Positions 1 through 7,641 of a stretch of 16,627 nucleotides of DNA are shown here, in pieces. The stretch comes from Armatimonadota bacterium (lineage in GTDB: Bacteria; Armatimonadota; Hebobacteria; CAIYQO01), in NCBI GenBank assembly GCA_038248345.1, contig JBBRXO010000063.1, positions 1-16,627 on the forward strand, in the 5' to 3' direction. A program made the position numbers and the translations under genes. The first letter of the stretch is position 1. The number at the start of each line of letters is the position of its first letter. The notes beneath the pieces were generated by a model, which did not search any database, had not been told where the DNA came from, and saw nothing but the letters and a program-made list of their open reading frames with translations.

Positions 1-1
1 C

Positions 2-361
2 TACAACGGCTGGGATCAGACGAAGTGTGCCAACTATAACAATTCGTATGCTGTAGGTAAGAGTACCTGGCCGGTGGGTAGTTTCCCTGCTGGGGCCAGC
101 TGGTGTGGGGCGCAGGATATGGCGGGTAATGTCTGGCAGTGGTGTGGCGACTGGTACGGCAACTATTCTGCCACCCCGGTTACTAATCCCTCGGGTCCGG
201 CAACGGGCAATTTCCGCGTGCTGCGGGGCGGTTCGTGGGACAGCTACTACTACGTCAACGACGTCTGCTACCGTGGTGCGTATCGCGGCATCAACAGCCC
301 CGACTACTACGGCTACTACTACGTCGGGTTCCGTTGTGCGTCTCTCTCGCCAGGACCGTAA
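2..361 (+). CDS. C-terminal part of a formylglycine-generating-enzyme (FGE/SUMF1, CLec-fold) domain protein, 5' truncated by the window; probable DGR target
   Basis: The frame is open from base 2 (YNGWDQTKCANYNNS...). It carries the family motifs PVGSFP, G..DMAGNVWQW, NP.GP, RVLRGGSW and GFRC, and stops at TAA 359-361. Confidence 0.9.
   Translation, partial: YNGWDQTKCANYNNSYAVGKSTWPVGSFPAGASWCGAQDMAGNVWQWCGDWYGNYSATPVTNPSGPATGNFRVLRGGSWDSYYYVNDVCYRGAYRGINSPDYYGYYYVGFRCASLSPGP
239..325 (+). other. Putative DGR variable region (VR)
   Basis: 25 of the 29 codons between RGGSW and GFRC end in C (TAC, GAC, AAC, AGC, GTC, GGC, ATC, TGC), the pattern expected from adenine mutagenesis of AAC codons. 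Confidence 0.7.
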
Positions 362-365
362 TTAC

Positions 366-551
366 TTGTCTTAGAACCTTGATTCGCCTGATTAGAGGAT
401 TAGGTTGAAGGTAATGCCTCTGCTGTTGGATAGCGATTTTTGTTCAATGTTCAATGTTCAATGTTCAATGTTCAATGGAAGAGGCTATCCAACAGTGTAG
501 ACGAATAGGTCAGAGATAATCCTTTAATCATGCGAATCTGGGTTCAGACAA
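366..551. repeat. Nested palindromic element: outer imperfect inverted repeat 366-402/517-551, inner perfect 12-bp inverted repeat 423-434/484-495, (TGTTCAA)5 in the loop
   Basis: Left arm TTGTCTtaGAACCttGATTCGCcTGATTAgAGGATTA matches the reverse complement of the right arm, TTGTCTGAACCcaGATTCGCaTGATTAaAGGATTA. The inner pair is CTGTTGGATAGC/GCTATCCAACAG. Confidence 0.85.
441..477 (+). repeat. Perfect tandem heptamer (TGTTCAA)x5 plus TG
   Basis: Read directly from the sequence. Confidence 0.95.
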
Positions 552-653
552 AAAGGCGGCGTAAGCCGGTGGGTGTACCTAACCCCACACTGGGAGCGCA
601 CGGCTTCCAGAGTGCCGAAATATGAGGCTAAACCAGCCGAACGCCCAACTGCA

Positions 654-682
654 TGTTAATCCGTAGGTTGTAGGTTCAAGTC
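654..682 (+). pseudogene. tRNA-Asn(GTT)-like fragment, anticodon loop to T-loop
   Basis: TGTTAA-TCCGT-AGGTT-GTAGG-TTCAAGT-C fits the anticodon loop, 3' anticodon stem, variable loop, T-stem and T-loop in order. The 5' half and the 3' T-stem are absent. Confidence 0.5.
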
Positions 683-703
683 AAGGAATCGCCACCCCAT
701 TCT

Positions 704-726
704 CATGGGCGAGACGCCCATGCTAC
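704..726 (-). repeat. GTAG-type REP-like hairpin
   Basis: The minus strand reads GTAG-CATGGGCG-TCT-CGCCCATG, a perfect 8-bp stem. Confidence 0.6.
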
Positions 727-762
727 GAAAGGCCTACAGACCTCGTCCCCCACGTTTCTCCC

Positions 763-791
763 TTGCCTTCTTCGGGTAACTAATTTACAAT
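763..791 (+). promoter_or_regulatory. Sigma70-type promoter for gpmI
   Basis: TTGCCT (763-768), a 17-bp spacer, then TACAAT (786-791). Confidence 0.6.
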
Positions 792-835
792 AGGGTACGA
801 TTGAGCTTATTGCTGAGTTAGACAGAATTTTAAGG

Positions 836-2506
836 ATGTTACCGGTGAAAAACGAACTGCAGAAGACGAATTATTCCGGGCCGCGGGGGCCGGTGGTGTT
901 GATTATTATGGATGGCGTGGGTGTGGGCAAGTACGAAGAAGGTGATGCCGTGCGGACTGCCTTGACGCCGACGTTGAACTGGCTGAAGGAGAATGCCCTC
1001 TACAGCACGCTGAAGGCGCATGGCAAAGCGGTGGGGCTGCCCAGCGATGATGACATGGGCAACAGCGAAGTGGGGCATAACGCCATCGGTTGTGGGCGCG
1101 TTTTTGACCAAGGCGCAATGCTCGTCAACGCGGCGCTGGCTGACGGCTCCATGTTTGCGGGCGATGTCTGGCAGCTGCTGGCAGGTAATGCCCTCGACAA
1201 CGCCAGTACTATGCATTTTATCGGCCTTTTCTCTGACGGCAACGTGCATAGCCACATTGACCACCTGAAGGCAATGATTCGCCAGGCGGTGGCGGAAGGC
1301 ATCGAGAAGGTGCGCGTGCATATCCTGCTGGATGGGCGCGATGTGAGCGAGACCTCGGCCTTGTTGTTCGTCGATCCCTTCGAGGAGTTCCTCGCCGAGC
1401 TGAACGCGGGTGGTGTCGATTACCGCATCGCCAGCGGCGGCGGACGCATGTTCATCACCATGGATCGCTACAATGCCGATTGGTCGATGGTGCAGCGCGG
1501 TTGGGATACTCACGTGCATGGGGTGGGGCGGCAGTTCGCCTCGGCGCATGAAGCAATCGAGAAATTCCGCGCAGAGAAGCCGGGTGTGATCGACCAGGAT
1601 TTACCTGCCTTCGTAGTTGCCGAGGATGGTGAGCCGGTGGGCAAAATAGTCGATGGCGACAGCGTGGTGTTCTTCAATTTCCGCGGTGACCGCTCTATTG
1701 AGATCACTCGCGCTTTCGAGGAAGACAACCTGAGCGAGATCGACCGTGGCGTGCGCCCTGCTGTGCAATATGCCGGCATGATGCAGTACGATGGCGACCT
1801 GAAGCTGCCGAAGAACTATCTGGTAACTCCCCCGGCCATCGACCGCACCATGGGCGAATACCTGGCGAACGCCGGCATCACGCAACTGGCGATCAGCGAG
1901 ACGCAGAAGTTCGGCCACGTCACCTATTTCTTTAACGGCAACCGCAGTGGCAAATTCAACGAAGAGCTGGAGGACTATGTAGAGATTCCCTCCGACATCC
2001 TCCCCTTCGAGCAGCGCCCGTGGATGAAGGGAGCGGAGATTACTGACTATGTCATTGACGCGATCCGTGCCGGCAAGCACCGCTTCATCCGGCTTAACTA
2101 CCCGAATGGCGACATGGTGGGCCACACCGGCGTTTATCAGGCGACGCAGATAGGTGTGGAGACGGTGGACCTGTGCATTGGCCGTATGTTGCCCGCCATC
2201 CAGGAGATGGGCGGCATCCTCGTCATCAGCGCCGACCACGGTAATGCCGATGACATGTACGAGCACAAGAAGAAGACCGGCGCTGTCACCGTCGACCCCG
2301 ATTCCGGCAAGATCAAAGTGAAGACCGCGCACTCGCTAAACCCCGTGCCGGTGATCATCTACGACCCCGAAGGAACGGCGAAAGTGACGCTATCCGCAGA
2401 ATGTGGCCTCGGAATCAGTAGCCTCGCCGCTACCTGTTTGGAGCTACTCGGCTTCGCCCCGCCGGAGATTTATGATTCGAGTGCGGTGGTGGTGGGCGCG
2501 GAGTAG
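836..2506 (+). CDS. gpmI: 2,3-bisphosphoglycerate-independent phosphoglycerate mutase
   Basis: Motifs include LIIMDG, MGNSEVGH (catalytic Ser), SDGNVHSH, DGRD, FNFRGDR, SETQKFGHVTYF, NGDMVGHTG, ADHGN and TAHS. The start may be GTG 845, which is better spaced from AAGGA. Confidence 0.97.
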   Translation: MLPVKNELQKTNYSGPRGPVVLIIMDGVGVGKYEEGDAVRTALTPTLNWLKENALYSTLKAHGKAVGLPSDDDMGNSEVGHNAIGCGRVFDQGAMLVNAALADGSMFAGDVWQLLAGNALDNASTMHFIGLFSDGNVHSHIDHLKAMIRQAVAEGIEKVRVHILLDGRDVSETSALLFVDPFEEFLAELNAGGVDYRIASGGGRMFITMDRYNADWSMVQRGWDTHVHGVGRQFASAHEAIEKFRAEKPGVIDQDLPAFVVAEDGEPVGKIVDGDSVVFFNFRGDRSIEITRAFEEDNLSEIDRGVRPAVQYAGMMQYDGDLKLPKNYLVTPPAIDRTMGEYLANAGITQLAISETQKFGHVTYFFNGNRSGKFNEELEDYVEIPSDILPFEQRPWMKGAEITDYVIDAIRAGKHRFIRLNYPNGDMVGHTGVYQATQIGVETVDLCIGRMLPAIQEMGGILVISADHGNADDMYEHKKKTGAVTVDPDSGKIKVKTAHSLNPVPVIIYDPEGTAKVTLSAECGLGISSLAATCLELLGFAPPEIYDSSAVVVGAE

Positions 2507-2528
2507 GAATCATCGAATTAAGGCAATT

Positions 2529-2550
2529 AGGGGCGCAGGGATGCGCCCCT
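2529..2550 (+). terminator. GC-rich hairpin after gpmI, terminator or REP-like
   Basis: AGGGGCGCA-GGGA-TGCGCCCCT followed by TTATGTT; it resembles the hairpin at 11100-11126. Confidence 0.55.
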
Positions 2551-2553
2551 TTA

Positions 2554-2562
2554 TGTTACAAT
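2554..2562 (+). promoter_or_regulatory. Extended -10 promoter candidate for the ATPase operon
   Basis: TGtTACAAT upstream of the GGAG RBS (2573-2576) and ATG 2584. Confidence 0.4.
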
Positions 2563-2583
2563 AGCAACAATTGGAGACTTAAG

Positions 2584-3762
2584 ATGAAAATTGAGAGTAT
2601 CAGAATTGAGAACTACAAGGTATTCCGCGATATCGAGATAAAAGCGCTGCCCAACATGTGCGTTTTTGTCGGAGCTAATGGCGCAGGTAAATCTACTCTT
2701 TTCGATATGTTCAGTTTTCTCCAGGATTGCCTGCTGCACAACATTCGTCAGGCGCTGACCCGACGTGGCGGATTTAAGGAAGTCGTTACCCGTGACTCAA
2801 ATGGGCCAATCATCATCGAATTGAAATTTCGCGTTGATGCTGCAAGCCCCTTGATTACCTATGAATTGCAGATTGGGTTACTCGATAACCAGCCAGTGGT
2901 ACAGCGAGAGTTGCTTAAATATCGGCGCGGCCAAAAGGGGCAGCCGTGGCACTTTCTTGATTTCCGTTTTGGCGTAGGAACGGCCATAACAAATGAGGCT
3001 GACTATGGTAAGAAAAATGTAGCGCAGCAACGTGAACAACAGAAACTCGACTCACCGGATGTTCTTGCCATCAAAGGTCTGGGACAATTTGAGCGGTTCC
3101 GAGCGGTAGTGGATTTTCGCAAATTAATTGAGAATTGGCATGTATCCGACTTGCATATTACCGATGCACGGGAGAGTCAGGATGCCGGGGTTGCTGAACA
3201 CCTGTCACGGCGTGGGGAGAACCTCTCATTGGTGGCACAGTATATGTATCAGGAACACCGGGATATCTTCAATAAAGTATTGGAAAAAATGACCCAACGC
3301 GTACCTGGCGTCACCAATGTTGAAGCGGCAGAAACCGCGGATGGGCGAATAGTACTTCGTTTCCAGGACGGCGCTTTTAAGGATCCATTTATCTCACGTT
3401 TCGTCTCTGACGGCACAGTGAAGATGTTTGCCTACCTGCTACTATTGCACGATCCATCACCACATCCGCTACTTGCAATCGAGGAGCCAGAGAACCAACT
3501 GCATCCGGAATTGCTGGCGGAACTGGCGGAGGAGTTCCGAGAATATGCGGATTATGGGGGTCAGGTATTCATCTCCACTCATTCCCCGGACTTCGTCAAT
3601 GGCGTCGAGTTGAACGAGCTTTTCTGGTTGACGAAAAATGATGGTATAACCAGAATAACGCACGCCAGCGATAATAACTTACTCAATGATTTGAAAGCAG
3701 CAGGCGATCTGCCCGGCGCACTCTGGAAACAAGGGCTGTTTGTCGGGGCGGGGCCACGATGA
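2584..3762 (+). CDS. ABC-type (AAA_15/AAA_21-like) ATPase
   Basis: N-terminal IESIRIENYK, Walker A GANGAGKS, signature-like VSDGT, Walker B LLAIEEPEN and H-loop STHS. Confidence 0.9.
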   Translation: MKIESIRIENYKVFRDIEIKALPNMCVFVGANGAGKSTLFDMFSFLQDCLLHNIRQALTRRGGFKEVVTRDSNGPIIIELKFRVDAASPLITYELQIGLLDNQPVVQRELLKYRRGQKGQPWHFLDFRFGVGTAITNEADYGKKNVAQQREQQKLDSPDVLAIKGLGQFERFRAVVDFRKLIENWHVSDLHITDARESQDAGVAEHLSRRGENLSLVAQYMYQEHRDIFNKVLEKMTQRVPGVTNVEAAETADGRIVLRFQDGAFKDPFISRFVSDGTVKMFAYLLLLHDPSPHPLLAIEEPENQLHPELLAELAEEFREYADYGGQVFISTHSPDFVNGVELNELFWLTKNDGITRITHASDNNLLNDLKAAGDLPGALWKQGLFVGAGPR

Positions 3763-4325
3763 GCAAGCTGGTATTTCTGCTGGAAGAAAAATCAATGGAG
3801 ATAATATTGGAAAATATGCTTCCTAGGATTCTCCCTGGTGTTGTATGCCAATTTGTATCACACGAAGGTAAGTCCGATCTAGATATCTCAATTCCTCGTA
3901 AATTGAAGGCTTGGAAAGATCCCGGTGTCCGCTTTATCGTAGTGCGCGATAATGATGGCGCAGATTGTAAGATGGTAAAAAAACGACTTTTAGAAAGTTG
4001 TGATTCCGCTGGACGTGCAGATACTCTCGTCCGTATCGTTTGCCAGCAACTCGAATGCTGGTATATTGGTGACCTACTGGCGATTGAACGCGCCTTTAAC
4101 CTGCCGGGGTTGTCGGCGCAGGGAAACAAGAAAAAATATCGCAATCCCGATTCTCTAAACAATGGTAGCGAAGAATTTAAAAAATTGACGGGGAGTGCGG
4201 GTAAGCATTCGGCAGCGCGCAAGATCGCGTTGCATATTGCCCCAGAGCGGAACCTCTCGCATAGTTTTCAAGTATTTATTGCTGGAGTAAAACGCATAGC
4301 TGAGCAGGATACTCTTAACCTGTAG
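3759..4325 (+). CDS. DUF4276-family (TOPRIM/RloB-like) protein
   Basis: LVFLLEEKS (conserved Glu), HEGKSDL, VVRDND (DxD), QLECWYIGD and N.SHSF. It overlaps the ATPase stop through ATGA. Confidence 0.8.
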   Translation: MSKLVFLLEEKSMEIILENMLPRILPGVVCQFVSHEGKSDLDISIPRKLKAWKDPGVRFIVVRDNDGADCKMVKKRLLESCDSAGRADTLVRIVCQQLECWYIGDLLAIERAFNLPGLSAQGNKKKYRNPDSLNNGSEEFKKLTGSAGKHSAARKIALHIAPERNLSHSFQVFIAGVKRIAEQDTLNL

Positions 4326-4358
4326 TTTTCAGATTAATATTGGAATCACTACTTCTTT

Positions 4359-4796
4359 CTACCGCACCTCAAACACCGTCTCCGCCACCTGAATTCGATC
4401 AGCGAAGGCTAGGCGCTGGGGGGTGGTGACTTTAACGTCATTCAGCAGGGTGCCGTTGGTGCTGTGCAGGTCATCCAGCAGCCAGGCATCGCCAAGGTTG
4501 TTGATGCGGGCGTGGTGACTGCTGACCAGGGCCGTCAGGATAATGATATCATTATCGTCAGCGCGGCCTATAGTGAGAGGTCGATCCAGCAGGTAGTATT
4601 GCCCGGTGGCGGGGGTAGGGCCAACGGTTACGGCGAGCGAGCGTGGTTCGGGTAATGGCGCTGGTGGAAACGGTTGTGGGCGGGCGGCGGCCCGAGCGTC
4701 GGCGAAGAGCGCGATCACCAAGGTGAGAAGAAAAATGAAAAGGAGCGCCAGTACCCCCATTCGGGCCAGCCAGATTGTCATCTCAGTTATTTCCAT
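4359..4796 (-). CDS. Membrane-anchored FHA-domain protein (FhaB/FipA-like)
   Basis: N-terminal TM helix followed by FHA motifs IGRADDND, VSSHHARI and DLHSTNGT; GGAGGAG RBS upstream. Confidence 0.9.
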   Translation of the reverse strand: MEITEMTIWLARMGVLALLFIFLLTLVIALFADARAAARPQPFPPAPLPEPRSLAVTVGPTPATGQYYLLDRPLTIGRADDNDIIILTALVSSHHARINNLGDAWLLDDLHSTNGTLLNDVKVTTPQRLAFADRIQVAETVFEVR

Positions 4797-4811
4797 AATG
4801 CTCCTCCTCCG

Positions 4812-5750
4812 TTATTGTGATTGAGTTCGTAATTCTCCTACCATGTGGGAGAAGATATCTGACACGGCAGTCCATCCTTCCTGTGGCGCCACCCCAATAA
4901 TAATCAATTGCCCCGTGCCATTTTTGCGTATAGTCCACGCCCCGTGCATATTTACAGTTCGATAGAAGAAGATATTTTCACCGTGTTGTTCAGTAATCTG
5001 AAAGGTGAATTCGTAGCTACTATCACTGCTTGAGTTTCTGTCCTTGATCGTTATCTCTTTGAATTTATCCGGCCTCTGACTTTTCCCGAAGAATGTGCCA
5101 CGGATAATTTTTCCCAGCAAAATGTTGTCTAAAGAAAATGTTGGATCAGGCGTCTCAATGGGAATCGTATGTATTTGTATATCGCTTTGGGGTAAAACAA
5201 ATATATCCCCAATATTCTCGGTTTCGACTGGATCCCTCTGCCTTTCAATTATCTCTTCCCGCTTGATAACTCTCCACTTGTTCGGATAAGGGATCGTGTA
5301 GCCAAGGGATGATGTAAGTGGCATTTTCCAGCTAGCTGGTATTTCCGCTACTGACACGGGGCGCCAACTACTGAAGGAAATTAATGCTGTCAGCACCATC
5401 AGGAAGGCGAAGCCGTAGGCAAGTAATCGCGCTTCAATAGGTACTGCTGGGTTGGCTGCCCATACCGGCGCTTGCGGCGCGAGGCGCTCGGCAGGAGCAG
5501 GCGAGGGCGCTACTGGAGCACGGGACACTAGGGGAAGTGAAGCATATTTTTCACCAGTGGGCTGCTGTTGTATACTTGCCGGCGCCACCGCCTTGCCTCG
5601 ACACCCGAAGGTGTTACACCCGGAATTATCTTTCCAGCATTGCGCGTGCAGCACGGCATTGCATCCGTTACATGTTTCCACCTGTTCGTTAGGTTTGATC
5701 ACCTCACGGCAGAACGCACAGGTCTTCATATTGCTGAGACGTTCATCCAT
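4812..5750 (-). CDS. Membrane protein with N-terminal prokaryotic RING finger (Prok-RING_1-like), Pro/Ala linker, TM helix and extracytoplasmic domain
   Basis: CAFC-x12-CNGC-x3-H-x2-CW-x4-GC-x3-GC, then the hydrophobic segment LLAYGFAFLMVLTALISF. Confidence 0.75.
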   Translation of the reverse strand: MDERLSNMKTCAFCREVIKPNEQVETCNGCNAVLHAQCWKDNSGCNTFGCRGKAVAPASIQQQPTGEKYASLPLVSRAPVAPSPAPAERLAPQAPVWAANPAVPIEARLLAYGFAFLMVLTALISFSSWRPVSVAEIPASWKMPLTSSLGYTIPYPNKWRVIKREEIIERQRDPVETENIGDIFVLPQSDIQIHTIPIETPDPTFSLDNILLGKIIRGTFFGKSQRPDKFKEITIKDRNSSSDSSYEFTFQITEQHGENIFFYRTVNMHGAWTIRKNGTGQLIIIGVAPQEGWTAVSDIFSHMVGELRTQSQ

Positions 5751-5758
5751 AATTGAAA

Positions 5759-6229
5759 TTATTCCGTTCCACCGCCGGTGTGCGCCATCAGGCGGACGAT
5801 ATCCGCACGGGTGATGATACCTTGCAGTTTGCCGGTTTTATCGACAACCATCATCCGACGAAGGTCTTCCGCTAACATACGAGCTGCTATACTGGAGATA
5901 GTGGCGTCGGGGGTAGTGGTGACAATATCTTTGTCCATAATGTCATGTGCGGTAAGCCCCAGCATCTTCTGCGCTTCTTCCTCGAAATGATGTGGATTTT
6001 CCAGATAAATTATACTACCAAGAAAGGTGATGTGACGGGGCAAATGGATATCAGCCACCCGCTGCAGCAGATCATCTTCAGTGACGATACCCAGCACATT
6101 TCGCTCACTATCCATCACTGGGACAGCGCCGAAACGGTGAGAGGCTAGTAAATCCGCGACCTCGTTTACCGGAGTCGCGGGCGCAATAGTTACTATATCA
6201 GTGGTCATGATATCTGCAGCTGTAGTCAT
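5759..6229 (-). CDS. CBS-domain pair protein
   Basis: AADIMT, GAVPVMD, LGIVTEDDLL and LQGIITRADIV. The ATG at 6229 follows a GAGGT RBS; the track start at 6241 is probably too long. Confidence 0.92.
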   Translation of the reverse strand: MTTAADIMTTDIVTIAPATPVNEVADLLASHRFGAVPVMDSERNVLGIVTEDDLLQRVADIHLPRHITFLGSIIYLENPHHFEEEAQKMLGLTAHDIMDKDIVTTTPDATISSIAARMLAEDLRRMMVVDKTGKLQGIITRADIVRLMAHTGGGTE

Positions 6230-6267
6230 ATGATACCTCAAAATTTCAAATTTTAATTATTATTCTG

Positions 6268-6375
6268 CTGGGACTAAAGTCCCGGCTGTTTGGCGCTTCG
6301 CGCCGGTCGTCCGCCTTCGCGGACTCTTTCCGCCCGATGGTAGTCCGCGTAGGCGGACGATTGGCATTTCAATCC
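6268..6375. repeat. Composite REP/BIME-like palindrome cluster
   Basis: GGGACT-AA-AGTCCC and GGCGC-TTC-GCGCC hairpins, plus a 19-bp inverted repeat TCGTCCGCCTTCGCGGACT (6307-6325) / AGTCCGCGTAGGCGGACGA (6342-6360) with 1 mismatch; each arm is itself palindromic. Confidence 0.75.
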
Positions 6376-6473
6376 CTGCGAGATATGTTTTTGCAACCAC
6401 TACATTATACCCTATTACAGCGGTGAAAGGTATATTGCTGATACGACAATGGTTACGCTTTTTCAGTGAAAGA

Positions 6474-7502
6474 CTATCCCCTGGTGAGCGATGTATAGCG
6501 CGGGCCGACTTCGACATCAACATATGTATAGCCAGCGGAGGCCAAATCTGCTTGCAGCGCGGAATTTTGTGTTGCAGTACCTTTTACCCCGACGATAGCG
6601 CCACCGGAGCCACAGGTGGTGCCGGTCAGCTGGTGGCTATTGGCAATTTCAACCATGCGCAAGTTATCTAATCCGAGCGCGTCATCGCCGAATATCTGCC
6701 GACGCAACAGGAAAGCTTCACCCATCAACCCGCTGAAGCGGATATGGTCGCCGAACACTAGTGCCCGTGTTCCTTCTTCGGCAAAACTGGCGAACTTCTT
6801 CATCGCTGTGTGTACCACCGGATCGCCTTGCAGCCATTGCTCGCGTACATTTTTATGGATAACCCCGGAGCTGCTGGGAGTTTTTGCGTATGCCAGGTAA
6901 AGCGGCGGAAGTAAGGTGGTGTCAAGTGGCTGGTACTCACCATAACCGCGGCTCTTCATCAGGTCCTCGCGGAAATCCATATAAAGGAGGCCGCCGAAAG
7001 TTTGAATGACGCGATCCTGTTGCCCGGCGGTGATGCCAAGCTCTTTTTGCTCCACATCTAATGCCAGTTGTGGCAGCTCCTGCTGTTGGATTATCTTCTC
7101 CACACCATACCAGGCTAATAAGGCGCGCAGCGTGGCAATGATGATAGCGCTGGAACCAGCCAGGCCTACCTGTAGTGGGATAGTGGTAATGAAGTCCAAG
7201 GAAAAATTGCGTTCCCCCACGTCCAGGTTTCGGCGGCTACATTCGTCAAAAAACAGTTTACAGGTCGCCTGCAGCAGGCACAAGCCATCATTGTTTTCGG
7301 TAGCGGAGTAGTTTGCCTGCGCTGAAAAATGGCTATTGGGAAGATTTTTTCCAGGAAGGAATGATATCTCGTCGGCGGCGGTGAGGGTAACCTCGGCGGC
7401 GAAATTATTAATCAAACAGGAGATCGTTTTTCCATAATATCCATCAGATGGGTTACCGAGTAACCCCACGCGAGCATGAATTTTGCTTTTAAGAGAGTCC
7501 AT
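6474..7502 (-). CDS. GHMP-family sugar kinase, glucuronokinase-like
   Basis: ARVGLLGNPSDGYYGKTIS, ATP-binding loop IPLQVGLAGSSA, ELGITAGQQDRVIQ and GSGGA. Confidence 0.85.
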   Translation of the reverse strand: MDSLKSKIHARVGLLGNPSDGYYGKTISCLINNFAAEVTLTAADEISFLPGKNLPNSHFSAQANYSATENNDGLCLLQATCKLFFDECSRRNLDVGERNFSLDFITTIPLQVGLAGSSAIIIATLRALLAWYGVEKIIQQQELPQLALDVEQKELGITAGQQDRVIQTFGGLLYMDFREDLMKSRGYGEYQPLDTTLLPPLYLAYAKTPSSSGVIHKNVREQWLQGDPVVHTAMKKFASFAEEGTRALVFGDHIRFSGLMGEAFLLRRQIFGDDALGLDNLRMVEIANSHQLTGTTCGSGGAIVGVKGTATQNSALQADLASAGYTYVDVEVGPRYTSLTRG

Positions 7503-7641
7503 AATTTCCTCCGGAATGGCCGTATGCTCTCTTTTTCGACTCCGCCATAATAATCCCCTGCCGAGTTACATCGGCAAGGGATAGAACTATCCGAGGTAGA
7601 AATAGTCTAATGAATCAGATACACAGAAATTGGAATGAAAG

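Noticed and set aside
105..374. Thr-rich 89-aa ORF
   Set aside because: It is the +1 frame shadow of the NNC-rich FGE gene (TAC runs read as ACT) and has no independent support.
366..551. CRISPR array
   Set aside because: The repeats are inverted or spacerless tandem heptamers; there is no repeat-spacer periodicity and no cas gene.
620..700. Intact tRNA gene
   Set aside because: There is no D-arm or acceptor stem, and the 3' T-stem strand is missing; reported only as a fragment.
839..2332. Long antisense ORFs over gpmI (and similar ones over efp and accC)
   Set aside because: They are shadows of high-GC codon bias on the opposite strand of well-supported genes.
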